IMG/VR virus record: IMGVR_UViG_3300005326_000706
Location: 1-42,551 of that record
Reading direction: 5' to 3' (one strand)
Source of the DNA: a virus
Lineage: Duplodnaviria; Caudoviricetes
DNA length: 42,551 nucleotides
Shown: positions 16,956-26,265 of the stretch, in pieces
How positions within the stretch are numbered: the stretch's first letter is position 1
How the letters are laid out: the number at the start of each line of letters is the position of its first letter
Notes under the pieces: model-generated
Seen by the model: only the letters and a program-made list of their open reading frames with translations
Databases searched by the model: none
What the model was told of the DNA's origin: nothing
Position numbers and translations under genes: made by a program

Positions 16956-17093
16956 GGTTACCCTCCATATCCTGGTATTGCCGATTGTCCACAAAAAGCA
17001 TCTCACACAACGAGGCGCACGACGAATAAGAGGAGGACGGACCGAAGAAGTTGGTCGACTACTGTAACCCGCGAGAGATAGTGTCTTCTTACC

Positions 17094-17128
17094 ATAAGGC
17101 CGCCCAAAAAGGCGGCTTATTTTCTTTC
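17094..17128 (+). terminator. Probable intrinsic terminator
   Basis: GCCGCC-caaaaa-GGCGGC followed by TTATTTTCTTT. Confidence 0.55.
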
Positions 17129-17407
17129 TCCTGAAGAAACAATACTTTGCATTATGCACCCGCCGATTGCGCTTGAACCCCTCCCCGTAAAAAATCCATT
17201 CTGCCAGTGATCGCCGGGACTTATCACTCTCATTCGCTCACGGCGACCGTGCTCTGCACCCCCGGCACGGCCGCCGCCTCCCTCTCCCCGTTCATCCCGG
17301 CTTAAAACACGACAACCCCGAGAGGCCCGTCCGGCTCCGACTCCCCTGATTATTCGAGGTGCGGAAAGCCGGGCGGGCCGCCTGATCGCAAAAAAAGGAA
17401 CGAGGCC

Positions 17408-17800
17408 ATGCCCAGATTATCGCAGTCATCCCTCGATAAGCTTGCCAGCTGTCATCCGGATTTGCAGCGCGTTCTGTGCGAGGCGATCAAGATCGTCGAT
17501 TTCACCGTGTGCGACGGCCACAGGGGCAAGGATGCCCAGAATAAGGCCGTGGCCGAGGGCAAGAGCAAAACGCCCTGGCCCACGAGCAAGCACAACCATA
17601 AGCCGAGCCTTGCCGTGGACGTGGCGCCGTACCCCATCGACTGGAAGGACCGGGAGCGGTTCATCTATCTCGCCGGGATCTTTAAGGGCATCGCCTTCAA
17701 AGAGGGCGTTCTGCTTCGCTGGGGCGGCGACTGGGATGGAGACAGCGACTTCCTTGAGCACGAATTCCGGGATCTGCCCCACTTCGAGCTCATCGCATAG
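17408..17800 (+). CDS. Endolysin, peptidase M15 family
   Basis: 'CHPDLQRV...DFTV..GHR...Q...SKH....AVD...LRWGGDW...DLPHFEL'. Confidence 0.92.
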   Translation: MPRLSQSSLDKLASCHPDLQRVLCEAIKIVDFTVCDGHRGKDAQNKAVAEGKSKTPWPTSKHNHKPSLAVDVAPYPIDWKDRERFIYLAGIFKGIAFKEGVLLRWGGDWDGDSDFLEHEFRDLPHFELIA

Positions 17801-17811
17801 GAGAGACTCAA

Positions 17812-17982
17812 ATGCTCTGGTGGCCATCATGGCCCTCCGCTTTCAACTTTCTTCCCGAACGCCGCCGCACAGAGCCTCCCATGCCTGTGCCGTCCCGAGC
17901 CGAGCGTTTTAAAAAACGCCGGAGGAAACGAAAGAACAGGCAAGCCAGGGCTAGCAGGAGATGCAACCGCAACCGCGCATAG
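17812..17982 (+). CDS. 56-aa Arg/Lys-rich peptide (absent from the ORF track)
   Basis: AGGAG RBS; hand translation ends ...FKKRRRKRKNRQARASRRCNRNRA; exactly fills the gap. Confidence 0.5.
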   Translation: MLWWPSWPSAFNFLPERRRTEPPMPVPSRAERFKKRRRKRKNRQARASRRCNRNRA

Positions 17983-17985
17983 AAG

Positions 17986-18228
17986 ATGGGAAGCACCTTG
18001 GAGCCAAAACACATTCTTTTGAGCCGGACCGTTCAGGGCTTGATCTTGATCCTCCTTGGGCACCTCGGCCCCAGGGTGGGGATAACGGCCGATACGGACA
18101 GCCTGGGGCGAATCCTCGAAGAGCTCTTCACCGTAGGCGGTCTCGCCTGGGCGCTCTATGGAAGGATCAAGGCGGAAAAGCCCCTGCGCTTCAGATCATC
18201 CGGAAGCCCTGAGACCGACAAGGATTGA
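17986..18228 (+). CDS. Small two-TM protein, holin candidate
   Basis: 'K..LLSRTV.G' followed by two hydrophobic segments and 'YGRIKA'; next to the endolysin. Confidence 0.6.
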   Translation: MGSTLEPKHILLSRTVQGLILILLGHLGPRVGITADTDSLGRILEELFTVGGLAWALYGRIKAEKPLRFRSSGSPETDKD

Positions 18229-18231
18229 CCA

Positions 18232-18582
18232 ATGGACCAGGCCACCGTCGCAGCCCTGCTCAAACTCGCCGCAGCCCTCAAGCCGGAATTGATTTTCTGG
18301 TTCCTCGTGGTCCTGATCGGAACACCCTTTGGCCTGGTTGTCGTCATCATGCTCTTCTGGTGGTTGAACGAGCGCCGGGCGTCGGAATTGATGCGGATCT
18401 ACCGGGAGGACGTAACCAAAGTGACCCGGTATTACGAAGAAAACGTCAAGCTGGTGGAGGCGCTCCTCAAGATCGCCAATGGGTTCCAGGACACCGTTGT
18501 CCTCAACACGCAGACCACTCAGCGCATGGTGGACGTCTGCCTCACGAACCAATTCTGTCCCAACGCCAGACTCCCCAAATAA
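18232..18582 (+). CDS. Membrane protein with coiled-coil tail
   Basis: Long hydrophobic stretch followed by a helical region. Confidence 0.65.
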   Translation: MDQATVAALLKLAAALKPELIFWFLVVLIGTPFGLVVVIMLFWWLNERRASELMRIYREDVTKVTRYYEENVKLVEALLKIANGFQDTVVLNTQTTQRMVDVCLTNQFCPNARLPK

Positions 18583-18603
18583 CGATACCCGCAAGGAGGA
18601 ACG

Positions 18604-18849
18604 ATGTCGGAGCGCACCCTTTGGCAGGGAATCAGAGCCGAAGCCAGGCAACGGATGAACGATTACGCGGTCCGGATCTCAGGACATCGGGACGCTCTGC
18701 GCATGCAGCTCGTCCAGACCGATCCTCTGCGGATCAATTCGGAGGTCATCCTCTCTTTGGCAACCGATTTGGCCGCTGCACGGACCGAGTACCTGGCCCA
18801 CCGCGAGACGTTCGAGAACGCCTGCCGGGAATTGGGCGAGGATTATTAG
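18604..18849 (+). CDS. Hypothetical protein
   Basis: AAGGAGG RBS. Confidence 0.7.
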   Translation: MSERTLWQGIRAEARQRMNDYAVRISGHRDALRMQLVQTDPLRINSEVILSLATDLAAARTEYLAHRETFENACRELGEDY

Positions 18850-18852
18850 GCG

Positions 18853-19455
18853 ATGGGCGAGAGCTACTCCTTTGAGCTCGTGGAAAAGGCCGAGCAGCTC
18901 TATTGCGTGGAGGGCCACACCTTCGAGCAGGTGGCGACCTTGACCGGTGTCGCCGTCTCGACGCTCAAGAGGTGGTCGGATCGCTACGGGTGGCAGGAGA
19001 GCAAGGAGAAGATCAGGAAGGCGCTGGGCTCAATCCGGACGAACACCATCATGCTCCGGGCAAGGCTCATAGAAAACTGCCTTACAACTCTCTCCGCCCA
19101 GGACGCGTTCGCCGTGGCAAGCCTTGAGGGAACAGCCATGAAGGCGGCTGAACTCGCGGCCAAGGGCCAGGCGGCATCTCCCGCCCCCGAGCAGCTTCGC
19201 GAGATCAAAACCGACGAGGATGCCGTGGCGGCCTTGGAAGAAGCGGTCCAGATCAAGCTCAACACGCTCCTTACAAACCCTGGGACGGTAAGCCTTGCGG
19301 CGGTGAAGGAAATCAAGTCGGCACAGGATTTTGTCCGCGGGCTGAGAGACGACCTCAACCGCAAGCAGGCAGCCGGGACGACGCAGGCCAAGAAGGGGCT
19401 CTCCCTTGAAGCGGCAAACGAGCTGCGCCGCGAGCTCCTCGGAATGAAAGCTTAG
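18853..19455 (+). CDS. Terminase small subunit-like HTH protein
   Basis: N-terminal HTH 'AEQLY..EGHTFEQVA..TGVAVSTLKRW...YGW'; C-terminal 'KGLS.EAANELRRELLG'; precedes terL. Confidence 0.75.
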   Translation: MGESYSFELVEKAEQLYCVEGHTFEQVATLTGVAVSTLKRWSDRYGWQESKEKIRKALGSIRTNTIMLRARLIENCLTTLSAQDAFAVASLEGTAMKAAELAAKGQAASPAPEQLREIKTDEDAVAALEEAVQIKLNTLLTNPGTVSLAAVKEIKSAQDFVRGLRDDLNRKQAAGTTQAKKGLSLEAANELRRELLGMKA

Positions 19456-19467
19456 GTGGGAAAAGAG

Positions 19468-21150
19468 ATGAGCGCGGCAGCCGTAGACAATCCCCTCGAC
19501 CCGTGGCCCGCGTGCGGGCACAAAAACGTCCCGGCCGTTTTCCTCGGCTACCAACAGCGCTGGAACGAGGACGAATCCGAGGTCAAGGTTTGCGAAAAGT
19601 CGCGCCGAATCGGCCTCACCTGGGGCCAGGCGGCAGATGACGTGCTCTTGGCATCCACGGAGGCCCCTCACGGCCAGGATGTCCTCTACATCTCCTACAA
19701 CCAGGAGATGACCCGGGAATACATCGACACCTGTGCCTGGTGGGCCAAGCACTTCGCCAGGGCGGCTTCGTCAATCGAAGAATTTCTTTTCGAAGACGAA
19801 GACCCGACTGGGGAGAAGCGCTCCATCAAGGCCTTCCGCATCTCCTTTGCGAGCGGCAAAGAGATCGTCGCCTTATCCTCCCGCCCGAAGAACCTCCGCG
19901 GTAAGCAGGGGCGCGTCGTGATCGATGAGGCCGCTTTCGTCGAGGACCTGGAAGCCTTGCTCGAGGCGGCTCTCGCCTTCCTCATCTGGGGCGGCCAGGT
20001 CATCGTCGTATCGACCCACTACGGCGACGACAACCCCTTTAACGAGCTGGTTCAGGAGATTAGGGCCGGGAAGAAGCCCTACTCGCTCCACCGCATCACC
20101 TTCGACGAGGCCCTGGCCGATGGGCTCTATCGGCGCATCTGTCTGGTGAGGGGCATCGAGTGGAGCCAGGACGGAGAGACCGCCTGGCGCGAGAAGATCA
20201 TAGCAAGCTACGGCGACAAGGCGGACCAGGAGCTTTTCTGTGTCCCGAGTAAGGGCTCCGGCATCTTCTTCCAACGCGTGCTCATCGAATCCTGCATGGA
20301 TAAAGCGATCCCTGTGCTTCGCTGGGCGTGCAAAACGGATTTTGCGCAGGCGCCCGACCTGGTCCGGACCAAGGAGGCGCTGGATTGGTGCAGATCTTTG
20401 TTATTACCGAGCTTGGACGAACTGCGGACGCTCTCGCCGCATTCGCCGAGCTACTACGGGATGGACTTCGGGCGGATCGGCGACCTCTCGGGGATTGTGC
20501 CGCTTCAGGAAACGACCGGTCTCTCGTACCGGGCGCCCTTCGTTGTGGAACTTCGAAACGTTCCTTTCAGGCAGCAGGAGGAGGTTCTGTTCTACCTCGT
20601 GGACCGCCTGCCGAGGTTCTCCGGGGGCGCGATGGACGCCAGGGGAAACGGGCAGTACCTGGCCGAGGTCGCCATGCAAAAGTACGGAGCCTGGCGGATT
20701 CAGCAGGTGATGCTCACCCAGGAATGGTACCGGGACAACATGCCCCGGTACAAGGCCGCCTTCGAGGACCGAAAGATCTCACTGCCCTTGGACCCTGACA
20801 TCCTGGACGATCACCGGGCCGTAAAGATGGAGAAGGGTATCGCCAAGGTGCCCGAAGGCTACAGGGGCAAGGGGCGGGATGGGGGCCAGCGCCACGGGGA
20901 TTTGGCCATAGCGGGCGCGCTTGCCTGGTTTGCCGCGATGACCGATGCCGGCCCCATCGCCTACGGCGCGGACGATCCCGAAGAAACGGAGCGGCTTATT
21001 GCACGCAATCTTAGAAAAATGCCCACGGCCGGGCCTGAGGCGTCGCCGGCAGGAGAGGACGAAACGGAAGGGCGGACCATGAATCGACTTTTCGGTGGAG
21101 CGGGGGCGGCCTTGCGCCGCCTGGCCGGGTTTGGAGGGCCTCGTGGGTAG
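19468..21150 (+). CDS. terL: Terminase large subunit (Mu gp28-like)
   Basis: EKSRRIGLTW, LRGKQG.VVIDEAAF, GMDFGR..D, DARGNG, HGD motifs. Confidence 0.93.
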   Translation: MSAAAVDNPLDPWPACGHKNVPAVFLGYQQRWNEDESEVKVCEKSRRIGLTWGQAADDVLLASTEAPHGQDVLYISYNQEMTREYIDTCAWWAKHFARAASSIEEFLFEDEDPTGEKRSIKAFRISFASGKEIVALSSRPKNLRGKQGRVVIDEAAFVEDLEALLEAALAFLIWGGQVIVVSTHYGDDNPFNELVQEIRAGKKPYSLHRITFDEALADGLYRRICLVRGIEWSQDGETAWREKIIASYGDKADQELFCVPSKGSGIFFQRVLIESCMDKAIPVLRWACKTDFAQAPDLVRTKEALDWCRSLLLPSLDELRTLSPHSPSYYGMDFGRIGDLSGIVPLQETTGLSYRAPFVVELRNVPFRQQEEVLFYLVDRLPRFSGGAMDARGNGQYLAEVAMQKYGAWRIQQVMLTQEWYRDNMPRYKAAFEDRKISLPLDPDILDDHRAVKMEKGIAKVPEGYRGKGRDGGQRHGDLAIAGALAWFAAMTDAGPIAYGADDPEETERLIARNLRKMPTAGPEASPAGEDETEGRTMNRLFGGAGAALRRLAGFGGPRG

Positions 21151-22645
21151 CATGGTCGAGCAGATCGTGCGGCATTTTGCCCCCGAGCTCATGGATAGGG
21201 CTCAGGTGCAAACGCTTATAGCGGAAGAGGTACGCCGGGCGCGCCAGGCCATCCCCATAGGGGGCGGATCATCCGCATCCCCCGACGGATACCGCAGGCT
21301 CAGCGCGGGAGGAGAGATGCCCGAGCGGGATCTCACCCCCATGGGGCAGGATTTGATGCTCGAGCTCGCCTACTACCTCTACGACTCATCCGGCCTGGTG
21401 AAGCGATTCGTCCGCGATACGAGAAATTTCTGCATGGGCGAAGGGGTGACCTACGCCGTAGGTAACGACACCCCAACGGGTGATGCCAAGGCGATCCTGG
21501 ATGAGTTCTGGGGCGATTCCATCAACCGGATGGATCTTAAACTCGGCGAGCGTATGGAGTTCCTGGGGCTTTTGGGGGAGCAGTGCTGGCCCGTGTGGGT
21601 CAACCCGGTGAACGGGCTCGTTCGGCTCTCCTACGCGGACCCCGTGAATGTGGATGCCGTAGAGCACTCGAGGGTCTTTCCGGACACCCCCGTTCAGGTG
21701 CGTCTCAAAGGGACGGCCGGGCGTCCCGGGCAAATCCTCCCGACCATCCGGGAGGAGATGGACCCCCGCCAAAAGACCTACGGGCGCCTTGTGGGCGAGT
21801 GCTTCTTTTTTGCCATCAATAAGCCCCCCAACGCAAGCCGGGGCAGGTCCGATCTAATACATGCCTTTGATTTTATAAACGGCTTCGAGGAATCGATCTT
21901 CGATGAGATCGACCGGATAAAGCTTATGAAAAGCTTTATCTGGGACGTCCTCCTGACGGGCGCAACCGAAGACGATATCACGGACTTTTTGAAGAAGAAC
22001 AAGACGCCCAAGGCGGGCAGCGTCCGCGCTCACAACGAGCAGGTCGAGTGGAACGCCGTGGCGCCCGACCTAAAGTTCGGCGACACCAAGAGCTACTTCG
22101 ATTTCATGAAAAGCTATCTCGCGGCGTGTCAAAACCGCCCGGACTCCTGGCTCGGGAGCGGTGGGAAGGCCTACCAGACCGAAGCTGATCTCATGGGGGA
22201 GCCCACGTTTAAAGACCTCGGAGAGCGCCAAAGGTACGTGAAATACATGCTCGAAGCCGTGCTCCGGTTCGTGCTCGATCAGGCGGTGATCCACGGACGG
22301 TTGAGAGAAAAGGATGGCGCGCGGTTTTGCGTAACCGTCAACATGCCCGAGATGGCGGCAAAGAACCTCGATTCGGCCACTAAAGCGCTCGAGTCGCTGG
22401 CGCGGGCGCTCATGATCGCGACAGATAAGGGATGGGTCGGGGGCGATACCGCCACAACCCTTTTCGCCGCAGTGGCGTCCATGACCGGTGTTGAAGTCGA
22501 CGCCGCGGCCGAGCTCAAAAAAGCAAAGAAAGTAGCGGATGGAGCCGGTCGGAAAGAGGCGGATGTCCCGATCGATTACCAGGCGAGAGAAGCCTTGATC
22601 GTAGATATCGCGGCCAGGGTGCAGAGGGCCTTGAATGCTGCCTGA
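21143..22645 (+). CDS. Portal protein
   Basis: About 500 aa after terL; 'RGRSDL' portal motif. Confidence 0.8.
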   Translation: MGSMVEQIVRHFAPELMDRAQVQTLIAEEVRRARQAIPIGGGSSASPDGYRRLSAGGEMPERDLTPMGQDLMLELAYYLYDSSGLVKRFVRDTRNFCMGEGVTYAVGNDTPTGDAKAILDEFWGDSINRMDLKLGERMEFLGLLGEQCWPVWVNPVNGLVRLSYADPVNVDAVEHSRVFPDTPVQVRLKGTAGRPGQILPTIREEMDPRQKTYGRLVGECFFFAINKPPNASRGRSDLIHAFDFINGFEESIFDEIDRIKLMKSFIWDVLLTGATEDDITDFLKKNKTPKAGSVRAHNEQVEWNAVAPDLKFGDTKSYFDFMKSYLAACQNRPDSWLGSGGKAYQTEADLMGEPTFKDLGERQRYVKYMLEAVLRFVLDQAVIHGRLREKDGARFCVTVNMPEMAAKNLDSATKALESLARALMIATDKGWVGGDTATTLFAAVASMTGVEVDAAAELKKAKKVADGAGRKEADVPIDYQAREALIVDIAARVQRALNAA

Positions 22646-23504
22646 AACGGCTTTCGATGGGCGCGTCGCAAAGATCATGAAGCGCATAGGAAAGCTCGAA
22701 GACGACGAGGTCGTTCGGGCCTTCAATCTCCTCGAAAACCTCAGGCGTCTTGTGGCCTCACGCATCGTTGAAACCGAGTGGGACGCCCACTTTGTCCCGC
22801 AGCTCCAGGAGGCGATTTCCCGGGCCGTGGCGGGATTCGGCGGGCAGTACGAAGGGCAGCTCACCTCGGGCATGCGGGAGATGATCGATGCGGGGATAGA
22901 CGCCGTCGACTGGCCTCTCGCCTCGGCCGGGATCAAAGTTTCGGCGCCGGAGATATCCAGGACGGCGCTCGAGCTCCTCCAGGGGCACTCAATCGTTCTG
23001 GCGAGGGGCCTTACCGACGACCTTGGCAGAAAGCTCAACTATGAAGTCTCCATGGGGGTTTTGGGCGGGAAGACGCCCTTTGAAGTCATGACCTCGATTG
23101 GGCGGAACCTCACCGACCGAGGGGTTTTCCCGAGCATCGCCGCAAGGGCCGAGGCCATCACGCGAACCGAGATGGCGCGGATACACAGCAACGCGCGCGA
23201 GGCCCGCATGGAGAGCGTGATTGCGGCCAACCCGGACCGAAAGTGGCTCAAGAAATGGATCCACAGCAAAAAGAAGGGTCAGCCGAGATCGAGCCACGTG
23301 GCCCTAAACGGTGTCATGGTGAAGGTGACCGAGGATTTTCCGGGCGGGCGCCCGTATCCCCACGCCCCGGGCCTTTCGGCATCCGAGACCGTGCACTGCG
23401 GCTGCTCGCATGTCTTGACCCTGGCCGAATGGGAGAAGCTTCCCAAGGATTGGGAGCCGCAGCAGTATCAACCGCGGTCCGATGCGCTGGCGTCCGCCGC
23501 ATGA
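22635..23504 (+). CDS. Minor head protein (Mu gpF/SPP1 gp7-like)
   Basis: 'RAEAITRTE', 'KKW..S....R.SH...NG', 'ETVHCGC'. Confidence 0.85.
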   Translation: MLPETAFDGRVAKIMKRIGKLEDDEVVRAFNLLENLRRLVASRIVETEWDAHFVPQLQEAISRAVAGFGGQYEGQLTSGMREMIDAGIDAVDWPLASAGIKVSAPEISRTALELLQGHSIVLARGLTDDLGRKLNYEVSMGVLGGKTPFEVMTSIGRNLTDRGVFPSIAARAEAITRTEMARIHSNAREARMESVIAANPDRKWLKKWIHSKKKGQPRSSHVALNGVMVKVTEDFPGGRPYPHAPGLSASETVHCGCSHVLTLAEWEKLPKDWEPQQYQPRSDALASAA

Positions 23505-23517
23505 AGGAGGGGAAACG

Positions 23518-23805
23518 ATGAATAGAAAACCGCTCTCGCATATCGATGATCTGGCTGCGCGAGCTGCGCAGGGCGATGAGGCTGCCGGCCTGGCCGAAAG
23601 GGCACGCATAGAGTGTGGCATCGATCCTAAGTATGTGTTTAGCGCCACGGTAATGTCTGACGGAGAGGTCGTGATCGTCACGAACGGAGGCTCGAAAGTG
23701 CGCTGGGTGGAGGGGCAGGACGCCCCAAAACTCACACCCGTCCAGATCACCGGAATCAACCCCGAAAACGCCAGAAGAAAGCCCATCACGGGCAAGGGAA
23801 AGTAG
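23518..23805 (+). CDS. Hypothetical protein
   Basis: AAGGAGG RBS. Confidence 0.65.
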   Translation: MNRKPLSHIDDLAARAAQGDEAAGLAERARIECGIDPKYVFSATVMSDGEVVIVTNGGSKVRWVEGQDAPKLTPVQITGINPENARRKPITGKGK

Positions 23806-23809
23806 GCCC

Positions 23810-26194
23810 ATGTTTACGGTAGAAAACCCGCCGGAGTGGCTCAAGGGGCTTCCTGAGGCGGCCATTCGGGCAGGCCTTTCCGCCTACTGCGCCGTTTTCT
23901 CCGGGACGAAGGATGAGGCCCAGGCAAAGCGCGCCTCCATGGCGGCCGTCAAGGCGGGTTTCGAGCGGGGACCGGATGGAGCCTGGCGCGAGAGGTCCGA
24001 TATCTCCTCTGTGCGCCGCGGCGTGCTGCGCTTTCGGGCCGCCCAGGCAGATACCTCGGGGCTGATGTGGGAGGCGGTGATCATCGCCCCGGGGCTTTCC
24101 TTGAGCATGCCCCGCTTCTACTGGTCGGAGGAGGTGCTCGCCAAGGCGGCGGCGCTTTTCCAGGGGGTGGACGTCAACGCCTACGAGCTTACCACCGATT
24201 TCTACGGCCATCTGTCCATCCCGAACGTCTCGGATCTCGAGGACGTCAAACGGTATCTCACGGCACGCAAGGCGGGCTGGGTCGAAAAGGCGTGGTTTGA
24301 GGCGGGGGTGGGCGTTAAGGGGCTCATCCGGTTTTTGCCGGAGCAGGCGTGGCTCCCTGAGACGATCAGGCAGGGCATCGAGGCTGGGAACCCAAACGTT
24401 TTGGGGCTCTCCATCGACTCCAGGGTTCGTGGTGTCGAGGTGGTCGTGGATGACTGGACGGTGGTGTGGGTGACGGAGATCCTGGGCGCAAGCTCGGTCG
24501 ACGTCGTGACCCGCCCGGCGGCCGGGGGGAAATTCTTGAGGGCCGTAGCAGGCCTGGGTAAGGAGGAAGGACGTATGGAGAAGGAAAAATTATTGGCCCT
24601 CATCAAGGAGAAGCGGCCCGATTTGCTGAAAGGCAAGGATGCTGCGGCTCTGAGCGAGGATGAATTGCTGGCGCTCGCCAGACAGTGCATGGAGCCTGCG
24701 CCCGATCCCGGTACGCGGGCGGCTCAGGCCACAGGCGGGCTTACGCCGGATGAGATCGCAGCGCAGATCAAGTCGGCCGTCGAGGCCGTGGAGCAACGCG
24801 CGGCGTGCTCCCGCATGCTGGATGCGGAGCTTCTCGAAGCAAAGCTTCCCGAGATGGCGGCTCAGTTCGTGCGCGATGAGTTCGCAGGGCAGGTCTTTGA
24901 GGCAGAAAAGCTCACTGCGACCATCAAAAGGCAAAAGGATTATCTCGCGACCATGGCCGCGACCACGGGAAACGGCGGATCAACATCGCCCTGGGGCGAT
25001 CAGTCGCGGGCCTCGGGCGGCCTCGGCATGCGGGATAAGGTGCAGATCGCCTCCGATAAGCTGTTCGGACTCACGGGAGACGATATCACGGGACTTGCGG
25101 CCCTTCGACGGCTCGACGGAAAGCCCGTTTTCGAGGGCTTGCGGGTGGCCCAGGATTACGAGGGGGTCCCGGCGCCTGCCGGAATCGCGGAGCTTTATGT
25201 GCTCCTCACCGGCGACGCGGAAGTGAACGGCGGGTTCCATCCCGCCCGCCTCAGCCAGGATATCCGTGCCGCCCAGGACCTCAATAGCGCCACATTCGCC
25301 TTCGCTTTGGGAAACACCTTGGCTCGCCGTCTGGTCAAGGATTACCGGGAGGCCACATATGGCGAGGAACTGCTGATTTCCATCCGCAAGCCGGTCAAGG
25401 ACTTCCGGCAGCAGGAAGCGGTAATGATTGGCTACTTCGGCGATCTCGACGACGTGGACCCCGAGACCGAGGATTACCAGGAAATTTCCGGCGTGACTGA
25501 CGAAGAAAGCACCTACGCCGTCGGTCAGAAAGGCAATTTGCTTACCATCACCAGAAAAGTCATCAAGAACGACGATCTTTCCGTGATCCAGCGCAAAGTG
25601 ACTCGCCTGGGCCGTTCCGCGCGACGCACACACGCCAAGTACGTATGGGGAAAATTCGTTAATAACGCAACCTGCTCCGACGGGACTGCCTGGTTCACCG
25701 TCGGGCACGGAAACCTTGGAACCACGGCCCTCTCCCTTGCCACGGCTCTTGTGGCCTACAAGGCGCTTGCGGGCATGACGGAAAAGGACTCCGGTGAAGT
25801 CATCGGCCTCTTGGACAACGATGATGTCAAGCCCGTTCTCATCTATCCCCCCTCGCTCATGGAAACCGCCGAGAGCATCGTGAATGACGAGGCGTACTAC
25901 ACCGGAAACGACCTCACGACCAAAACGCGCAACTCGCTTCGCGGCAAGATCACGGGCCGTCAGATTAGCCGATTGAGCGATGCCAACGACTGGGGGCTTC
26001 TCATGCCATCCTCCGAGGTGGACATGGTGGAGATGGGCTATCTCGACGGCCGCCAGGAACCCGAAATGTTCGTGGCCGATCAGCCCACGAGCGAGCAAGT
26101 TTTTGTAGCAGACAAGGTCCGCTACAAAATCCGCCATGAATACGCGGGGGCCGTGATCGACTACAGAGGCGGCTACAAGGCTGTGGTGGCCTAA
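23810..26194 (+). CDS. Fused ChaB-like / prohead protease / scaffold / major capsid (gpT-like) protein
   Basis: ChaB-like first ~60 aa; protease 'GLSID...SVDVVTRPAAGGKF'; capsid 'KDF..ITRKVIKNDDL...F...HGNL...GYLDGRQEP...YKIRHEY...DYRG'. Confidence 0.88.
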   Translation: MFTVENPPEWLKGLPEAAIRAGLSAYCAVFSGTKDEAQAKRASMAAVKAGFERGPDGAWRERSDISSVRRGVLRFRAAQADTSGLMWEAVIIAPGLSLSMPRFYWSEEVLAKAAALFQGVDVNAYELTTDFYGHLSIPNVSDLEDVKRYLTARKAGWVEKAWFEAGVGVKGLIRFLPEQAWLPETIRQGIEAGNPNVLGLSIDSRVRGVEVVVDDWTVVWVTEILGASSVDVVTRPAAGGKFLRAVAGLGKEEGRMEKEKLLALIKEKRPDLLKGKDAAALSEDELLALARQCMEPAPDPGTRAAQATGGLTPDEIAAQIKSAVEAVEQRAACSRMLDAELLEAKLPEMAAQFVRDEFAGQVFEAEKLTATIKRQKDYLATMAATTGNGGSTSPWGDQSRASGGLGMRDKVQIASDKLFGLTGDDITGLAALRRLDGKPVFEGLRVAQDYEGVPAPAGIAELYVLLTGDAEVNGGFHPARLSQDIRAAQDLNSATFAFALGNTLARRLVKDYREATYGEELLISIRKPVKDFRQQEAVMIGYFGDLDDVDPETEDYQEISGVTDEESTYAVGQKGNLLTITRKVIKNDDLSVIQRKVTRLGRSARRTHAKYVWGKFVNNATCSDGTAWFTVGHGNLGTTALSLATALVAYKALAGMTEKDSGEVIGLLDNDDVKPVLIYPPSLMETAESIVNDEAYYTGNDLTTKTRNSLRGKITGRQISRLSDANDWGLLMPSSEVDMVEMGYLDGRQEPEMFVADQPTSEQVFVADKVRYKIRHEYAGAVIDYRGGYKAVVA

Positions 26195-26224
26195 CTCCCC
26201 TTCCCCTCGTCTACACTCACTCCG

Positions 26225-26247
26225 GCCCTCTCCCCATGGGGGAGGGC
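26225..26247. repeat. REP-like palindrome
   Basis: GCCCTCTCCCCATGGGGGAGGGC intergenic hairpin preceded by CTCACTCCG. Confidence 0.45.
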
Positions 26248-26265
26248 AAAAGAAGGATCAAGCTC

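Larger units (their letters stand above)
14184..16960 (+). mobile_element. Integron-type gene cassette array without integrase (CALIN-like)
   Basis: Co-oriented attC sites at 14703, 15915 (degenerate), 15998 and 16451 separating small ORF units; visibly lower GC than the phage backbone. Confidence 0.85.
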
